A stretch of 63,476 nt of DNA, filler included, from Cercozoa sp. M6MM (GCA_040357565.1; 12 parts of 12 records of this genome joined end to end with filler, not necessarily neighbours in it), one strand, 5' to 3'; positions 1 to 12,256 are shown, counted from the first letter of the whole stretch. A program made the numbers and translations. The notes: generated from the sequence alone by a model not told the origin.

Positions 1-148
1 TATAGGGTATGGGGTAGGGGGTAGGGAGTATGGGGTATAGGGGTATGGGGTATAGGGGGTATGGGTATAGGGAGTATGGGGGGTAGGGTAGGGGTAGGGG
101 TATAGGGGGTATGGCGGTAGGGGGGTATAACTTCTCTGACACGTGTAG

Positions 149-205
149 CAACCGCGCGCGCTGCTGCGCGATCGACGTGCTGCGCGCCATCGCCAAGAAA
201 CGCAT
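149..205 (+). CDS. XPOT: Isolated exon of exportin-T (NRARCCAIDVLRAIAKKRM), on a probably mis-oriented contig
   Basis: AG/GT-flanked exon resembling the exportin-T 'A.DCL..IV.K.M' segment. Its phase fits the donor at 677 of the minus-strand gene. Positions 1-38 are the reverse complement of 556-593. Confidence 0.6.
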
Positions 206-677
206 GTACGTTTTTTACCCCCCCTTCTACCCCCCTCCCTGTTACCCCTCTTACCCCCCTTTACCCCCTTTTACCCCCCCCCCCCGTTTCTAACCTTACC
301 CGCCTTTTTACCCCTTTTTAACCCCCCTTTTTACCCCCTGTTTACCCCCTTTTACACCCCTTTTTACCCTTTTTTTNNNNNNNNNNNNNNNNNNNNNNNN
401 NNNNNNNNNNNNNNNNNNNNNNNNNNNNNNNNNNNNNNNNNNNNNNNNNNNNNNNNNNNNNNNNNNNNNNNNNNNNCTCGCCGTGCAGCGCGCGCGCGGC
501 TGCACCTCCCCCACCCTATGTCCCTCCCCCCCCCTCCCCTCCCCCCCTTACCCCCATACCCCATACTCCCTACCCCCTACCCCATACCCTATACCCCCAT
601 ACTCCCTATACCCACCCCATAACCCCCACCCCATAACCCCCTACCCCACATACGTACCCCCAAACCAGCAGGTATAC

Positions 678-1902
678 CACGAGGCAAAGACGTCGTCGCC
701 GCGTGCCATGGCGAAGAGCGTCGGCGTCACGCGCGGACTCACGGCCAGTGCGATGTCGATCCAGTCGACGAAGCGAGCCAGTGCGCGCAGTGCCTTGGAG
801 GCCACCTTCTCCTGGCCGGCCTGCGCGCCTGCCAGCGCCAGTGCGAGCCACGCCTCCACCAGCGACTCCAGCACGCCGTCTTCGCGCATGCGGTCCTTTA
901 TGTCGCGCGACACGTCGGCCACGAAAGCCACGCTCACCAGGTCCTGAGCAAGCACAAGCTATCTCGCGCCAAAGCACAAGCTATTTCGAGGAAAGCACAA
1001 GCTATTTCAAGGAAAGCAGAAGCTATTTCGCGCCAAAGCAAAGCTATTTCAAGGAAAGCACGAGCTATTTCGCGCCAAAGCACAAGCTATTTCAACGAAA
1101 GCAGAGGCTATTTCAAGGAAAGCAGAGGCTATTTCACTCGAAAGCAAAGCTACTTCAAAGCAAAGCAAAACTACTCACTCAGAGCAAAGCTATTTCGGTC
1201 GAAAGCAAAGCTATCTCGCCAAAGCAGAAACTGTACCTGATCGAACTGCAGCGAGATGCGCAGAAAAATGTCGGCAACCGACGGAGAAGCCTGCGCCAGC
1301 GCGAGCCAGTCGGTCCAGAAGGAGCGCCACGACGTCAGGTACAGACGTCGCAGTAGCCACACGAAGAGCTGCGCGAGCTTGTTGCGCATCGCTTTGTCGG
1401 CACTCGAGAGCGCGCCCATCTGCTGCGGTGCCACGGCCTCCTTCACGTAGCGCATCGCCGCTTCGCGGATCGCCGTCTACACCACTCACTTTAGCTTCGC
1501 TTTGCTCTTGAAATTTCGCGCTTTATTTCGCAATTTCGCAAAGCAAAGCAAAAGCGAAGCGAAACAAGCCAAAGCGAAGCAGTACCTTATCGCTGTCGGG
1601 TAGTGCGTCGAAACTGTCGTGTCGCGCGACGTGGACCAGTGCGTCGAGTGCCCAGAACACGGTGATCTGCTGCTGCTGCGCCGAGCCGAGCAGTTGGAAC
1701 GCCAGCGGCCACACGGCACTCGGGTTCGACAGCGTTTGCTGCGCATGATCGTGATCGGCGCCAGCGTTTCTCCAAAAAGAAAACTAGAAAGCAAACGCAC
1801 CTGCAGAAAGCGCACAGCTGCCTGCTGCTGCTCAGAGTTCTGCACATGCGCACACGGCTCGTACACGAGCTTGATGGCCTGCTCGACCTGCGCGACCTGC
1901 AT
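678..1902 (-). CDS. XPOT: Exportin-T (Los1), N-terminal part, multi-exon
   Basis: Spliced translation MQVAQVEQAIKLVY..VFWALDAL..RNKLAQLFVWLLRRLYLTSWRSFWTD..DIFLRISLQFDQ|DLVS..IKDRMREDG..FVDWIDI matches exportin-T motifs as recalled. Confidence 0.8.
944..1236. repeat. Intronic minisatellite, about 13 copies of a 20-22 bp unit (AAAGCACAAGCTATTTC plus 4-6 variable nt)
   Basis: Directly visible; fills the XPOT intron (donor 1236, acceptor 944 on the minus strand). Confidence 0.9.
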
Positions 1903-2417
1903 CTGCACAAGTCGCACACCACCACGCATATCTCTCTTTTAGATGCCCTCCTATCACTCGGAGCAACAAGTGCCATCCCGTGCAACGTGAGGCAAGCACA
2001 CGTGCGCAGGAATTTTCAGCGATCAACGAGAAGGCCATCATACTTTCAAATGAAACGACCAAATATTTCTTGCGGACCGGACGCCCGCTGCGCTTTCGGG
2101 GGTCGACGCGATCTGCGCTCTGGTCCACCTGCAACTACTCACCGGCACTGCTACGCTCGACAAGTCCGCCTGTGCTAAGGCGTAGCCACTTTTTTGTGAT
2201 TTGACAATTTCTTACGCTGTGAGTCGCGCCCACGATTTTCCACTCAGAGGTGCAACTCACACGTAGCTTTGGTTTGTCTAGTGTCAGTATAAGACGCGAA
2301 CAAGAGTAAACAGGCATTCTTGTGAAATGCCAGGGTTGTAGCCAAGCGATCTTATGGACTGTAATTGTACCTAGGTGTGTGTGCGCACTGTCAGAGAGTA
2401 GTAGATACACTTAGGTG

Positions 2418-3320
2418 ATGACTCAAGGTAAGTATTTGCTTTTTGGCACTTTTCTGGTTCGTGTTGCGCGAAATTAGAGTGCCCTGTGCGCAGGATCGTA
2501 TGTACGGGCGAATTTGTGCTCGCTCACGTCGATCAAGAATGCGATGAACGACATGGTGACCGAGGTGGGGTTTTTGTGATCGCTTGCGACGAGGATTGTA
2601 GTATTTTCCTTTCCTGGGTGGTCGCAGGTGCTGATGAAGGACCTGCAGCTACCGTGTCGCACCTGGCCGTCGACGGTGCGACTGTTGTTCTCGTTTTTGG
2701 CGTGCTGCGTCGCCGGTTTTGCACAGCTGTCGCCACAGGCCGACTTGCTGAAGGTAGGGAGTTAAGGGGAGCAAGCAGGCTCTGTGCTTTGTGTATGCAG
2801 TGTATGGACTGTGCAGAAACGAGGGAACCTGCAACTTTGCGTTCTGGTGTTTGCAGTCTTCATGTCAGTCGTTGGCTTCATTCACTATGGTACCTCTGTC
2901 TGTGTCTCGTATGTGTGTACACAATGATAGACCGACCCCGCAGGCATCGAGAAGTCGGCCTACCTGCTGCTGAAACCATCACGTAACTTGTTGTCAGGTG
3001 TGTCTGTGTATGTGTTCCAGTCTTGTGCACTGACAGGCAAGTTGCCTGCGACACACGTGCACACTGAGATCGGCAGCTGCGCGCCTGACTGGGACTTCTT
3101 CACCGTCACTTTCGCCCACGCCGACAGCGACCTCAAGCATGCCGCGCGCTTCACTCTCACCGAGTATACGCTTTACATTTCACCTTTACCCCCCCCCCCT
3201 CACCCTTCTCCTTGCAGCTACTTTGACGAGGACGGCGTCATGCTGGTGCGCAAGTTCAAGCATGACCTGCGAAACGAGATCAAGTACTTCCGTCGCCTGA
3301 GCAGCAAGAAGGACCTCTAG
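2418..3320 (+). CDS. SPCS2: Signal peptidase complex subunit 2 (SPC25/SPCS2)
   Basis: Spliced MTQGSYVRANLCSLTSIKNAMNDMVTE|VLMKDL..VRLLFSFLACCVAGFAQL..YFDEDGVMLVRKFKHDL fits the SPCS2 pattern (K.S.DD..., RL TM helix, FFD..G..V). Confidence 0.75.
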
Positions 3321-3494
3321 TTGGTTTCAGCTGGTGGGGCATGCTCTTGCGTTGTGACCCACCGGACTAGTGCAAGGGAACTACTTTGTCGGTTTCATGT
3401 GTCAGACATAACTACGCTAGCTGACAGTAAATGACAAAACAAGGATTAATCACAGACACAGCAACAACAGCAACGCAAACTAAAGGTTTTTTGG

Positions 3495-5002
3495 CTAACG
3501 CAGGTGTAAGACCTCACGCGCCACGAGCAGCAGCCCAAGCAGGAACGTGCTGCCAGCAAACACAAGTGTGTGGAGCCAGAATTTCGGAGCCTACTCAGCG
3601 AAGTTTTCAGAAACTGGAAAGAAAAAAAACCAACTGACTGGATTGAATTTACCGAATCCCGGAGCTCTTCAACTCTGGAGGCACCAGCGCACTCGCCTTG
3701 TGTGCAAGCGCAGAGCATGTAGGGTTCTCTGCTGCTGTAGGATTGCAGCGAGAAGTCGGCCACGATCTGTGTGTTTATTGTTCCAATAGAGTTTAACGGG
3801 AAATAAAGAACACAAACAAAACAAAGAGCTATACCTGATCGATGGCTTCGAGGTCATCGTCCCGGTTGTTTGTGTTCGCGAGAAACCCATAGCACGTCTC
3901 TAGCACCGTCGGAACGACGTCTAGTTGCTGCCAGGCCTGCATTTATGTGCAAGAGATACAAACAAAAACGCAAAACAAAAGAAAGCTCGATACTGTATAT
4001 ATACCGAATCGATGATCTCTTGCGTGCAATAATTGGCAGTGATCGGCACCTTGAGGAAAAAGTTCGTGTGGTCCGGCGCGTTGGCGTCAAAGTAGAGCGG
4101 CACGATGCAGCCTTTGTCTACGTAGGCATGTCGAGACGTGTCCTGATTCATACAGTGTTGATTTGTGCTTAACATCCCCGCCTCAGTGCCACAGTTCTAG
4201 TCGAACGCACCAGTGTGTAGTCGGGCGTGGACACAATGTAAGATGAGTCGCCGCCTTCCTCATTCGGAAACAAACGCGCTCGGTAATACTTTTCTAACTC
4301 CAGAGTCGTCTGCTGCTGAACCTTGCCAGCATAGGCCTTGTCAAAGTCACCTGCGATACCGTGTCCTCTCGCGTACTTGCCTGCCGCCTGTAACACACAT
4401 AAATATACTGATATAAGATATATATACATAAATAGTGCACATTACAATTCCACCGAAAATACAGCTGCCCAGATAAGCCAACGCAAGCAGCGCCTGACAA
4501 GGGAAAGGGGTAAAGGGAAAAGGAGGTGCAAGGGAGGGTTAAAGGGGTAAATATGGCACACCGCAGCAATGAACCGTTTCTTGTACAGTATGATGCTCAT
4601 GGAGAAACCGATCGGCACGGTGATACCGAAACCCGCGGTCGCAGCTTGCAAGCCACCGTGCTTGTCTGCCGCAGCTGTCAAGAAGGGGGAGTAAACTACT
4701 AAAGATGGGGAGGGAGGAACGTCAAGTACTAGCGATGACGGCATGCAAACTGGCCGCAGCGATCGCCGGCCACAGCAGCAGTAGAAACAAATCCCAATTC
4801 TGTACGGGCGTTCACAGAAAAGCAGCATAACCAGAGGAAATTTTGAGGGGGTAAAAGACCCTACCGAGTCGAGAGTCAATCGCAAGCGGCGCATCGCTGG
4901 TTTCGGCTGTGTCGTTGTTGTTGTTGTGACTCTCGCCGTTGTTGCAATCGGTGTTGCTCTCGTTGTTGTCGTTTCTCGAGACGGTTCGACCTTAAGACTC
5001 AT
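3495..5002 (-). CDS. Hypothetical membrane protein (N-terminal hydrophobic segments, Cys-containing loop, C-terminal TM)
   Basis: About 8 exons splice into one open frame (..DYTL|DTSRHAYVDKGCIVP..|AWQQLDVVP..|APKFWLHTLVFAGSTFLLGLLLVAR). No family recognised. Confidence 0.55.
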
Positions 5003-5176
5003 TGTAAAGCTGCACAGTAAAGCTAGCGTGGCAATATCGCTTTTGTGGCACGGTAGACAATATGGTACCGCGCCGAATCCACGCTACCTCGACGCGGGAG
5101 CGTCGGATTACTGAAAACAACGGGGGTAAAAGCGGGGTAAACGATCAAGGTCAAGGGTAATTGGTGTAAAGGGAAT

Positions 5177-6060
5177 CTACGCCTGCCGCATCTGCATCAT
5201 GCTTCGAGTGCCGCCGCCTGCCTGCCGACGAGGTTCTGCGGGTCTCGATCCCGCTTGTGCCCTATGCAAATGTGCGGACCCCATTACTACCCTGCTTCTC
5301 TTAAGAAAACTAACGCGTGAAGTGGTGTGCCAGTCTCTTGTCTGCTTCCAAAAAAACGATGTCACTCCGTATCCAAAATTTTGTCAAGAGAAAACCAAGT
5401 GTCGCAAACGTACATTTCAAAGTACTGCGGAGGATTCGACGCGCCATTGTTAAATGCCAAGGGAGCGCCTGTGGCACCTTCAATTTCGCCTTCCTCGCCT
5501 TCGCCTTCTCCTTCAACGTCCTCGCCTGTACATCCTTCATTTTCCGGATCAAACACCGATGGTTTAATGAGATAATACCATCAATAGGCCCATTTCCAGT
5601 CAATTCGGCAAGTGCGTAGAGCAAGACATCTCGCTACGCACTCAAAGTACCAAGCGAGTGCACAAACATGGCTGAGGTTCAAGAAAGAATGTGACACACC
5701 CGAATGCCGGTGAGCCAGGCAGCGCCGTCGAAGTCGCGCACAGGCAGCGACAACTGACGCGCGCAGATGCGTTGCAGGTCTCTCTGAGTGTGGGGGCGGT
5801 CCAATTGTATGACTGTCACTGAAAGAAGAAAAAAACCAGTCGGCGCAAAAGCCAAGTGAAGTCGCGCCCACTCAGCACTTGTGAGAACTCTTCAAAGATC
5901 CATTCCACGACCTGTTCGTCTTGCATAACACGGCGGCAGAACTCGTGCTGATAAAAAGCAACAGTCGCGGGTGAGACCAAACCAGCGTGATTGATCGAGA
6001 GACTGCCAGTGATCTCACGTTGACGACGTCATCCACGTGGAGACGCCTGTAGCAAAAGTA
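5177..6060 (-). CDS. Hypothetical multi-exon protein (ends approximate)
   Basis: Exon-like segments HEFCRRVMQDEQVVEWIFEEFSQ, QRDLQRICARQLSLPVRDFD and an acidic GEGEGEE stretch, flanked by GT/AG. Confidence 0.4.
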
Positions 6061-6412
6061 TACTTTACGCTCGGGTGCATTGATGCACCACCCCACACAC
6101 CAGCGTTAGCTTTTAAGTCCCGTGTGCAAGGGAAAACTATGTGACCACACGACCAAAACTTCAACAGGCGAGCATTCACTATCTAAAACGGACGGTGCAC
6201 GTGGGCACGGGCAACTTTGAACGGAACTAAGTCCGTTCGGTCGGGTCGGCACGCGATCGGATGACGACTTTTAAACAGAAGTTGAAAGAAACAGTGAAAT
6301 CAAAACGATTGGAGAAGCGCAAGCCTATAGATAGTGATGCCGACAAAGATGCCGCCCTCGGTGTATGGTACATGCAGCAGTGCCTTGCAGTTTCACGGGA
6401 CAGACTGAGTGG

Positions 6413-7290
6413 CTACGTATCGACGTAGTCGACGGCACAGGCATTGACGGTGCGCACGTGGCCGCCACTGAGACTGCCACTGAGACTGCCGGTGCCAGTG
6501 ATCGACGTGGTCACTGGATTGGCACGTGCGGCGCCAGTGACGGAGATCTCGGGCAGTGCCGCCAGTGCTGCCAGTGCCAGAGAGGTGCCGACCTTTCCTG
6601 TCATGGGTGCGCCTGCAGTGCCTCCACCTGTAGTACCCATCTACCTGTAGTACCCCAGCTACCTGTAGTACCCTATCTACCTGTAGTACCTGCAACACCA
6701 ACAGTCGACGGTGTCTTTAGGGTCACGTGCGGCGCCGTGAAGGCTCGCGGACGACGCCTGGGGGAGGGTAAGACAGGGGTATAGAGGGGGTAAGACGGGT
6801 ATAGGAGGGTAAGACAGGGGGTATAGGAGGGTAAGACAGGAGGGTATGGTAAGACAGGAGGGTATATAGGAGGATATAAAGGGGGATATAAAGGGGGTAA
6901 ACAGGGGGGTATACCTCTTGGCACCCGTGACGACAACGGCCGTGCTGCCGGCGCGCGGTCGCCACGCCACGCGCTGCTGCGGCGACACCGCATCGTCGCA
7001 CTCGCGCATCGATGCCAATGGTCCTGGGGGATGGGGGTGAGATGGGGGGGAGTAAGATGGGGGTAAGATGGGGGGGGTAAGATGGGCGTAAGTTGGAAGG
7101 GGGGTAAGAAACACACACACCAGCCAAAGCGGCAGCAGCGGCACGTCGCTGTTTTTTCAAGCGCGGCGGCATTTTTTCCTCGCTACACGAGGGTGTATGG
7201 GGGTTAGGGGGGGTAAAGGGGGGGTAATACACGTCGTAGTCGGACATTTGCGATGTGAACGCTGCCACGCGCATGACCTCTTCCTGCATT
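6413..7290 (-). CDS. Hypothetical protein, 3' part (5' end lost in gap)
   Basis: GC-rich exons between C-rich repeat introns; last exon ..VGVAG|GGTAGAPMTGK..CAVDYVDT*. Confidence 0.5.
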
Positions 7291-7368
7291 AGATGGGGGG
7301 GTAAACAGGGGGTACCAAGGGGGTNNNNNNNNNNNNNNNNNNNNNNNNNNNNNNNNNNNNNNNNNNNN

Positions 7369-7380
7369 TTAATTAATTAA
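7369..7380. other. Artificial scaffold linker TTAATTAATTAA in N padding (also at 12301, 17867, 20515, 25048, 29130, 33506, 44801, 55888, 59667, 62084)
   Basis: Identical palindromic all-frame-stop 12-mer between N runs of about 44 nt, seen 11 times. Confidence 0.98.
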
Positions 7381-7424
7381 NNNNNNNNNNNNNNNNNNNN
7401 NNNNNNNNNNNNNNNNNNNNNNNN

Positions 7425-7906
7425 AAAGCTGCTCACCGACGCCACGAAGGCCACAGAGCCGCGCTCAGATTCGACGAATTCAAACGGAAACTTCAGCGAC
7501 TTCAGTCGGTCCACCGGCGCACTCTCCACCGGTCTGGGGTAACAGGGGGTAGACAGGGGGTAAATAGGGGGGTAAAGCCGTCTCTACAGGCCCAGCAGCG
7601 ACGGCGCACTAACGAAGGCGTTGAACGGGTCCTTGGTCAAGTAGCTCTTGGCTCCGTTGCCGAAGTGCCGCTCATCCTTCCCAAAAGCCACCACCTGCGG
7701 CGACTTTCGCTAAGCACATACACGCTAAGTTGAGGGAGAAGGGGACAAAAGTCAGACTGAAGCACCTTGGAATACGAGTCCAGCAGCATGTCGCGACTCC
7801 TGGCCGAAATCAGCGCCACCTTAAAAAAGTTCGCGCCAAAGTCAATCCCGATCACGGCGGCTGCCACACTGTGCAACAGTGCACACAGCGCCACGAGCAG
7901 CCTCAT
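7425..7906 (-). CDS. HYOU1: ER Hsp70-family nucleotide exchange factor GRP170/HYOU1, N-terminal part
   Basis: Signal peptide MRLLVALCALLHSVAA followed by VIGIDFGANFFKVALI..SK|RKSPQVVAF..ERHFG; truncated at the gap. Confidence 0.85.
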
Positions 7907-8277
7907 TCTCCGCACGTATCTGAGCTACGAAACGTTCAGGTTGTATTTCTTCACAAATCCCACCGATCAGCTTAAAACACGAAACGCGAAAAAATGCAAA
8001 AAATGCAAAAAACAATCATTCAGAAGGCTCGATTATTCCTACGTCACATCGACTATATACCTCAGTCTGAGGTTCCTATACGCGCAAATATGAAGATAGT
8101 GTCCAAGGGAGCACTGCGTAGTGCCGCACAACGTGCGCTGACGTTTTTGCTTAAGGTTGCGATTCTGTACGAAACAACGTCCTACTGTACTGTACTGTGC
8201 CACACGGTTTGTACGGTTATCATACCAAGTGGGGCCTTTCTACAGAGTGCGTGCTGTACCAAATCTGTTCAAGCTTC

Positions 8278-9467
8278 ATGGTGTGTTGCAAGTGTGTCTG
8301 GCTGTGGTGTTGGTTATACATAGAGAGAGAATTTTTCCTTCTTGTCCAGAGCGACGCCTTGCTTGAACTGCTCAAGGGCCAAAACACCCGCGAGGCGCCT
8401 TGGAACGTCATGAGTAAGTGCCGCTCGGTATCTCTTGATTTAAGTACCTCCCCGCTCCCCCGATGCAGTCAATTGCGAAGTGGCAATCCGGCAAGGCGAA
8501 ACGTCGTGGGCGCTCGAATGCTTGCACGAGATCGCGAGAGTCATGGTGTCTAGCCCCGGATCCAGCTCCAAAGTCCCTGTGCAAGAGGTACGTTTGCTTG
8601 TAAAGGCAAACGTGTCTGCTTGTCCTTTTTGCTCTCGGATTTCGATGTTTTCTGTGAAGAGACTCGCGAACGACCGATCGGTCCACGAACTCAAACGTCC
8701 GCGACCCGAACATCCGCTCGACGAGACCCGCCAGAACAAGCAGCCCTGGCGACCCGTAAAGCAGGAGCACTTCAGCCAGTCTGAGCAGTACGACAATGAG
8801 ACGTGGGAGGCGAACGACGAGTCGAACGAGCCGGAGCCGCAGGACGACGATGAGACGCGGGAGGCGAACGACGAGTCGGACGAGCCGGAGCCGCTGGACG
8901 AACTTCCGACCGTCCACCGCGCCGTGTTGGAAGCGGACGATCCGGACTTAGACACTGACACCGTCAAGCTCTTGGAGCTTGTTGCCGAGGTACGCTTTAT
9001 CTGTTTTACCGCACGTACTGTATCTACTACTGTCACTCCCAGATCCTACACAAGCGGATGAAGCGGAAGGAGGACTCTCCGGACAGTGAGGATGCCGCTC
9101 CGTGCACCTACCTCGAGCTCATGGAGGCTCTGGTACGCTGTCTCTGTCTGTTTCCAGTATTGATTATATTCAAGCATGCGGATAGCAAGGCGCGAAGAAT
9201 CGGCTCCCAGAGGCGATCGCGAAGCAGAAGATCTTCGGCCGACCGATCAACGCCAGCCGCGCTCGCAAATCAAGTGACTCTTTCCTGACTTCGGGTGTTT
9301 GATGTAATTTGACACGCTTCTTTGTGTCGACAGCCCCCATCAGGCGCATTCGAGCCGCACTTCAGGACGGACAGGGAAAACGCTTCCGCATTGCCGACAA
9401 GCACTACGTAGTTGTGCTCAGCAAGCCTGGGTATATTTACTCCCTTTTTAACTTTCTGCTGGAGTAA
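8278..9467 (+). CDS. Hypothetical protein with a duplicated acidic 18-aa repeat (ends approximate)
   Basis: Spliced open frame; 54-nt direct repeat (D.ET.EANDES.EPEP.D) at about 8790-8900. Confidence 0.5.
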
Positions 9468-9672
9468 TTTGCATGTTTTAACTTTTTGTTGGTGAACCCG
9501 ATGCAGAAAAACTGCAGTGTTGCGACTTGAGCGCGTTTAATATCTGGTTAATCGGGTTCCAGTTTTACAAAGACCACAAAAACGAGTTGACGGCATCCAT
9601 TTGCACCGACTTTGCGGAGCTACAGTATGTCCTGTGCAGTATCGTTACTGGCATTGAAGGGAAGGTTTAAAA

Positions 9673-11403
9673 TCAGCCGCACCTCGATACTATCGAAGAA
9701 GCGTCAGTTGGGCTCGCTTTGTCCGGCTTGTCGCTTTCGACGCTGCCGGTGCCAGGGCGCAGCTCACGCAGGCGCCGTTCTCGGATAAACGCTGCACTGG
9801 CACGCACAGACTCTCCAGTCTGCCCCTCGGTGTCAGCCGTGGAGATGACCAGAAGATTTACCAGTTCCGCAGTAGCCGCGCGGACGCGCGAATCACGGTG
9901 ATCGACAAACGAGTCACACAACAGCATCAGGCCTTCCATTGTTTCTGGAGTCACGGTGGCTGCAGCCCTCGTGCCAGTGAATTTGCTTTGTATCAGACAA
10001 AAGAGCAGCGAGACTGCAGAGAGCCGCAGAGTGCTTTTGTTCTTGCATGTCACAGCCACGTCAATCAGTTCGGCAATCAAGCCCGTTGGGTTGCCTACTG
10101 CCGCCAAGCTTCCAAACATTGCATCCAGCAAGTTTTTGCCCTGCTTGGGTTTTTTAAGGAGATTAAAACTTGAATTGGTAAGTGCTGCACGTGAAAGACC
10201 GTACCGCTTGCCGGTACAGTCGGCGTTTGTTGCTGTTAAGCAAGGTGACGACTCGAGCAAAATGAGACATGAGTCTCCGAGAAGAAGCGTCAGATCTCGC
10301 GACAACAGTTTGAAAAACCTCGCTCTCTACCATCGATAGTGCTGCAGTCACTGCTGCTTGCACCACTTTGAGCACTCGGTCCTTGCAAAGCAGAAGCAGC
10401 ACATGTAGCTTCGACAGCACGGCAGGAGGATCCGGAGTCTGCAGCCTTGACAACTGTTCAATGCCTGTATACACGTTGGAGTTAAAAAAACACAACTACT
10501 TGAGCAGTACACTACCATCCAGTCGATGCTGGTAGTGCAACGCTGCCAGCAATTTCAGCAGGTCCTCACTCAGAAAGCCGCGAAAGCGTTGCAGCTTCTT
10601 CATCGCGCTTTGATTTATCCTGACCTCGTCGCTGTGGGAGGGAAGCACTTCGCACAGGTCTTCATCCGAACCGACGTGCTTTGGCGAGTTCACAAGCACC
10701 GTGATCTTGGTTGCTTTCGCATCTGCTTTCATATCGGCTTTCGCACCGGATTTCGCATCGGGTTTCGTCTCGCCTTCAGACTCGACTTTGTGTTCGTGTT
10801 TCAAGGCATCGCTGTCATTTGGCTGTTGGCTTTCAACATCATTCGATAAACTCTCACTGTCAGTGGCTTTTGCTTGCTCGACGTCATAGCTATGTTCTCT
10901 TCCGAGCAACAATTCGACCCGGGCGTGCAATGCACACAGCTTTTCGCGTGTGTTGGCAGCAGCAGCGAATTCCTCATTCTGCACCTGCGAGTTCAGGAGC
11001 GACACTAGCTCGACGGCCTGCTTTTCAGCTTCGTGCAATTTGTCACGCTTAACACACAATTCTCCAGCGAGCTCGAAACTTTCGCTTTCGACCGCAGCTG
11101 TCAACTGCTTGTTGGTTCTATGGCAATTGTCAGTTGCTATAATTTTAGCGTGTATTGAGAAAGCTAGTTTTACCGGTCAAAGCCAGTCTCAATAAGACTT
11201 AAAACAATAGTTCCTGCACTTGCTTGCCTGGGCTGGAACGCGTGTTTTCGCTTCACTTCGTCCTGCGCGACCAACTGTCGCGCGAAATCTCGAGTTGCTT
11301 CAAAGTCGTTCGCTGTTCCGCTTTGCACCGGGGTGGATTGCTGTTTAGGAGACAGAAAGCCCAGCTCAGCGAGAATCTTTGTCACCTTATCGCCTCTAGA
11401 CAT
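9673..11403 (-). CDS. CEP104-like protein (two UVR-type coiled-coil motifs plus TOG/HEAT domain)
   Basis: AVESESFELAGELCVKRDKL and VQNEEFAAAANTREKL (UVR-like); CKDRVLKVVQAA, RLSAVSLL and LM..C...VDHRDSRVRAATAEL (TOG-like, as in CEP104). Confidence 0.55.
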
Positions 11404-11577
11404 CTCTAATGGCCTGGCGGAAATGATTCGCCAAAATTCGGTTTTTTCTCCCTGCGGCCGAATGCCAGAAAAACCACACTGTTAATACTATACAAGCACA
11501 GCGCTAGACAGTATCTGCGTGCGCAAGAAGAATAAAATTTGGTAAAGCATGGCAGAGTGCCATAAGAGGTCCAAGTG

Positions 11578-12155
11578 ATGCATTCGGTGGAAGTGGCGAG
11601 TTTGGCAGGTGTAGGCGCGTTTCTCCGGCTAGTACTTCGTCAAGGTGTGTAGCCGCAGGCTTTTGAGTGGTGCTTAAGAATCGAAAGACACTTGTTTTGA
11701 GTGCAGCGTCGAGGAATTTCACGGGCGAGCATGACTCTCCATTCGTGGCAGATACAGGTGATAGTAACTTAGTTGCTGTGTGTGTTGTTGGTAAAAGGTT
11801 AGAATGAGGGACTGTGTAGTGGCCAATATGGCAGCCAGTGTTGTGGCGGGAGTTGTCTCCAGTGCCGAGGTGTCGACTGGTTGGAAGGCGGCCGTAGGCA
11901 CCGGACTGTGCGGCAGTCTGAGCACCTTCTCGGCCTGGCAGGTCGGCGTGGCCGTGTCGGCAGTCACGGGTCATCCTTTCGCCTATGTGATGGGTCTGCT
12001 GGTGGGCACATTGTTGCCACTCTGTGCCTGTGTGGTGGGCGCCGACATTGGCGTCTCTGTGCGCACGAAAGCCGTGTCGCAGAGGGCGCCGCTCACCTTG
12101 TTTTCCGTGCTGTTGTTGTCGATTGCCGCACTCGTGCTCACTGCTGTCTATCGTG
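11578..12155 (+). CDS. FEX: Fluoride export protein FEX/CrcB family, 5' part
   Basis: GVGAFLRL, ANMAAS and the CrcB signature GTGLCGSLSTFSAW; truncated by a repeat and gap. Confidence 0.85.
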
Positions 12156-12156
12156 G

Positions 12157-12256
12157 TTTTACCCCCCTGTTTACCCCCCTGTTTACCCCCCTGTTTACCC
12201 CCCTGTTTACCCCCTGTTTACCCCCCTGTTTGCCCCCCCTGTTTACCCCCCTGTTT
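12157..12256. repeat. (TTTACCCCCCTG)n tandem repeat at the start of an intron
   Basis: About 8 copies of a 12-bp unit directly after the GT donor at 12156. Confidence 0.95.

Noticed and set aside
944-1236. CRISPR-like repeat-spacer array
   Set aside because: The variable parts are only 4-6 nt and are reused, the context is a eukaryotic intron, and there are no cas genes.
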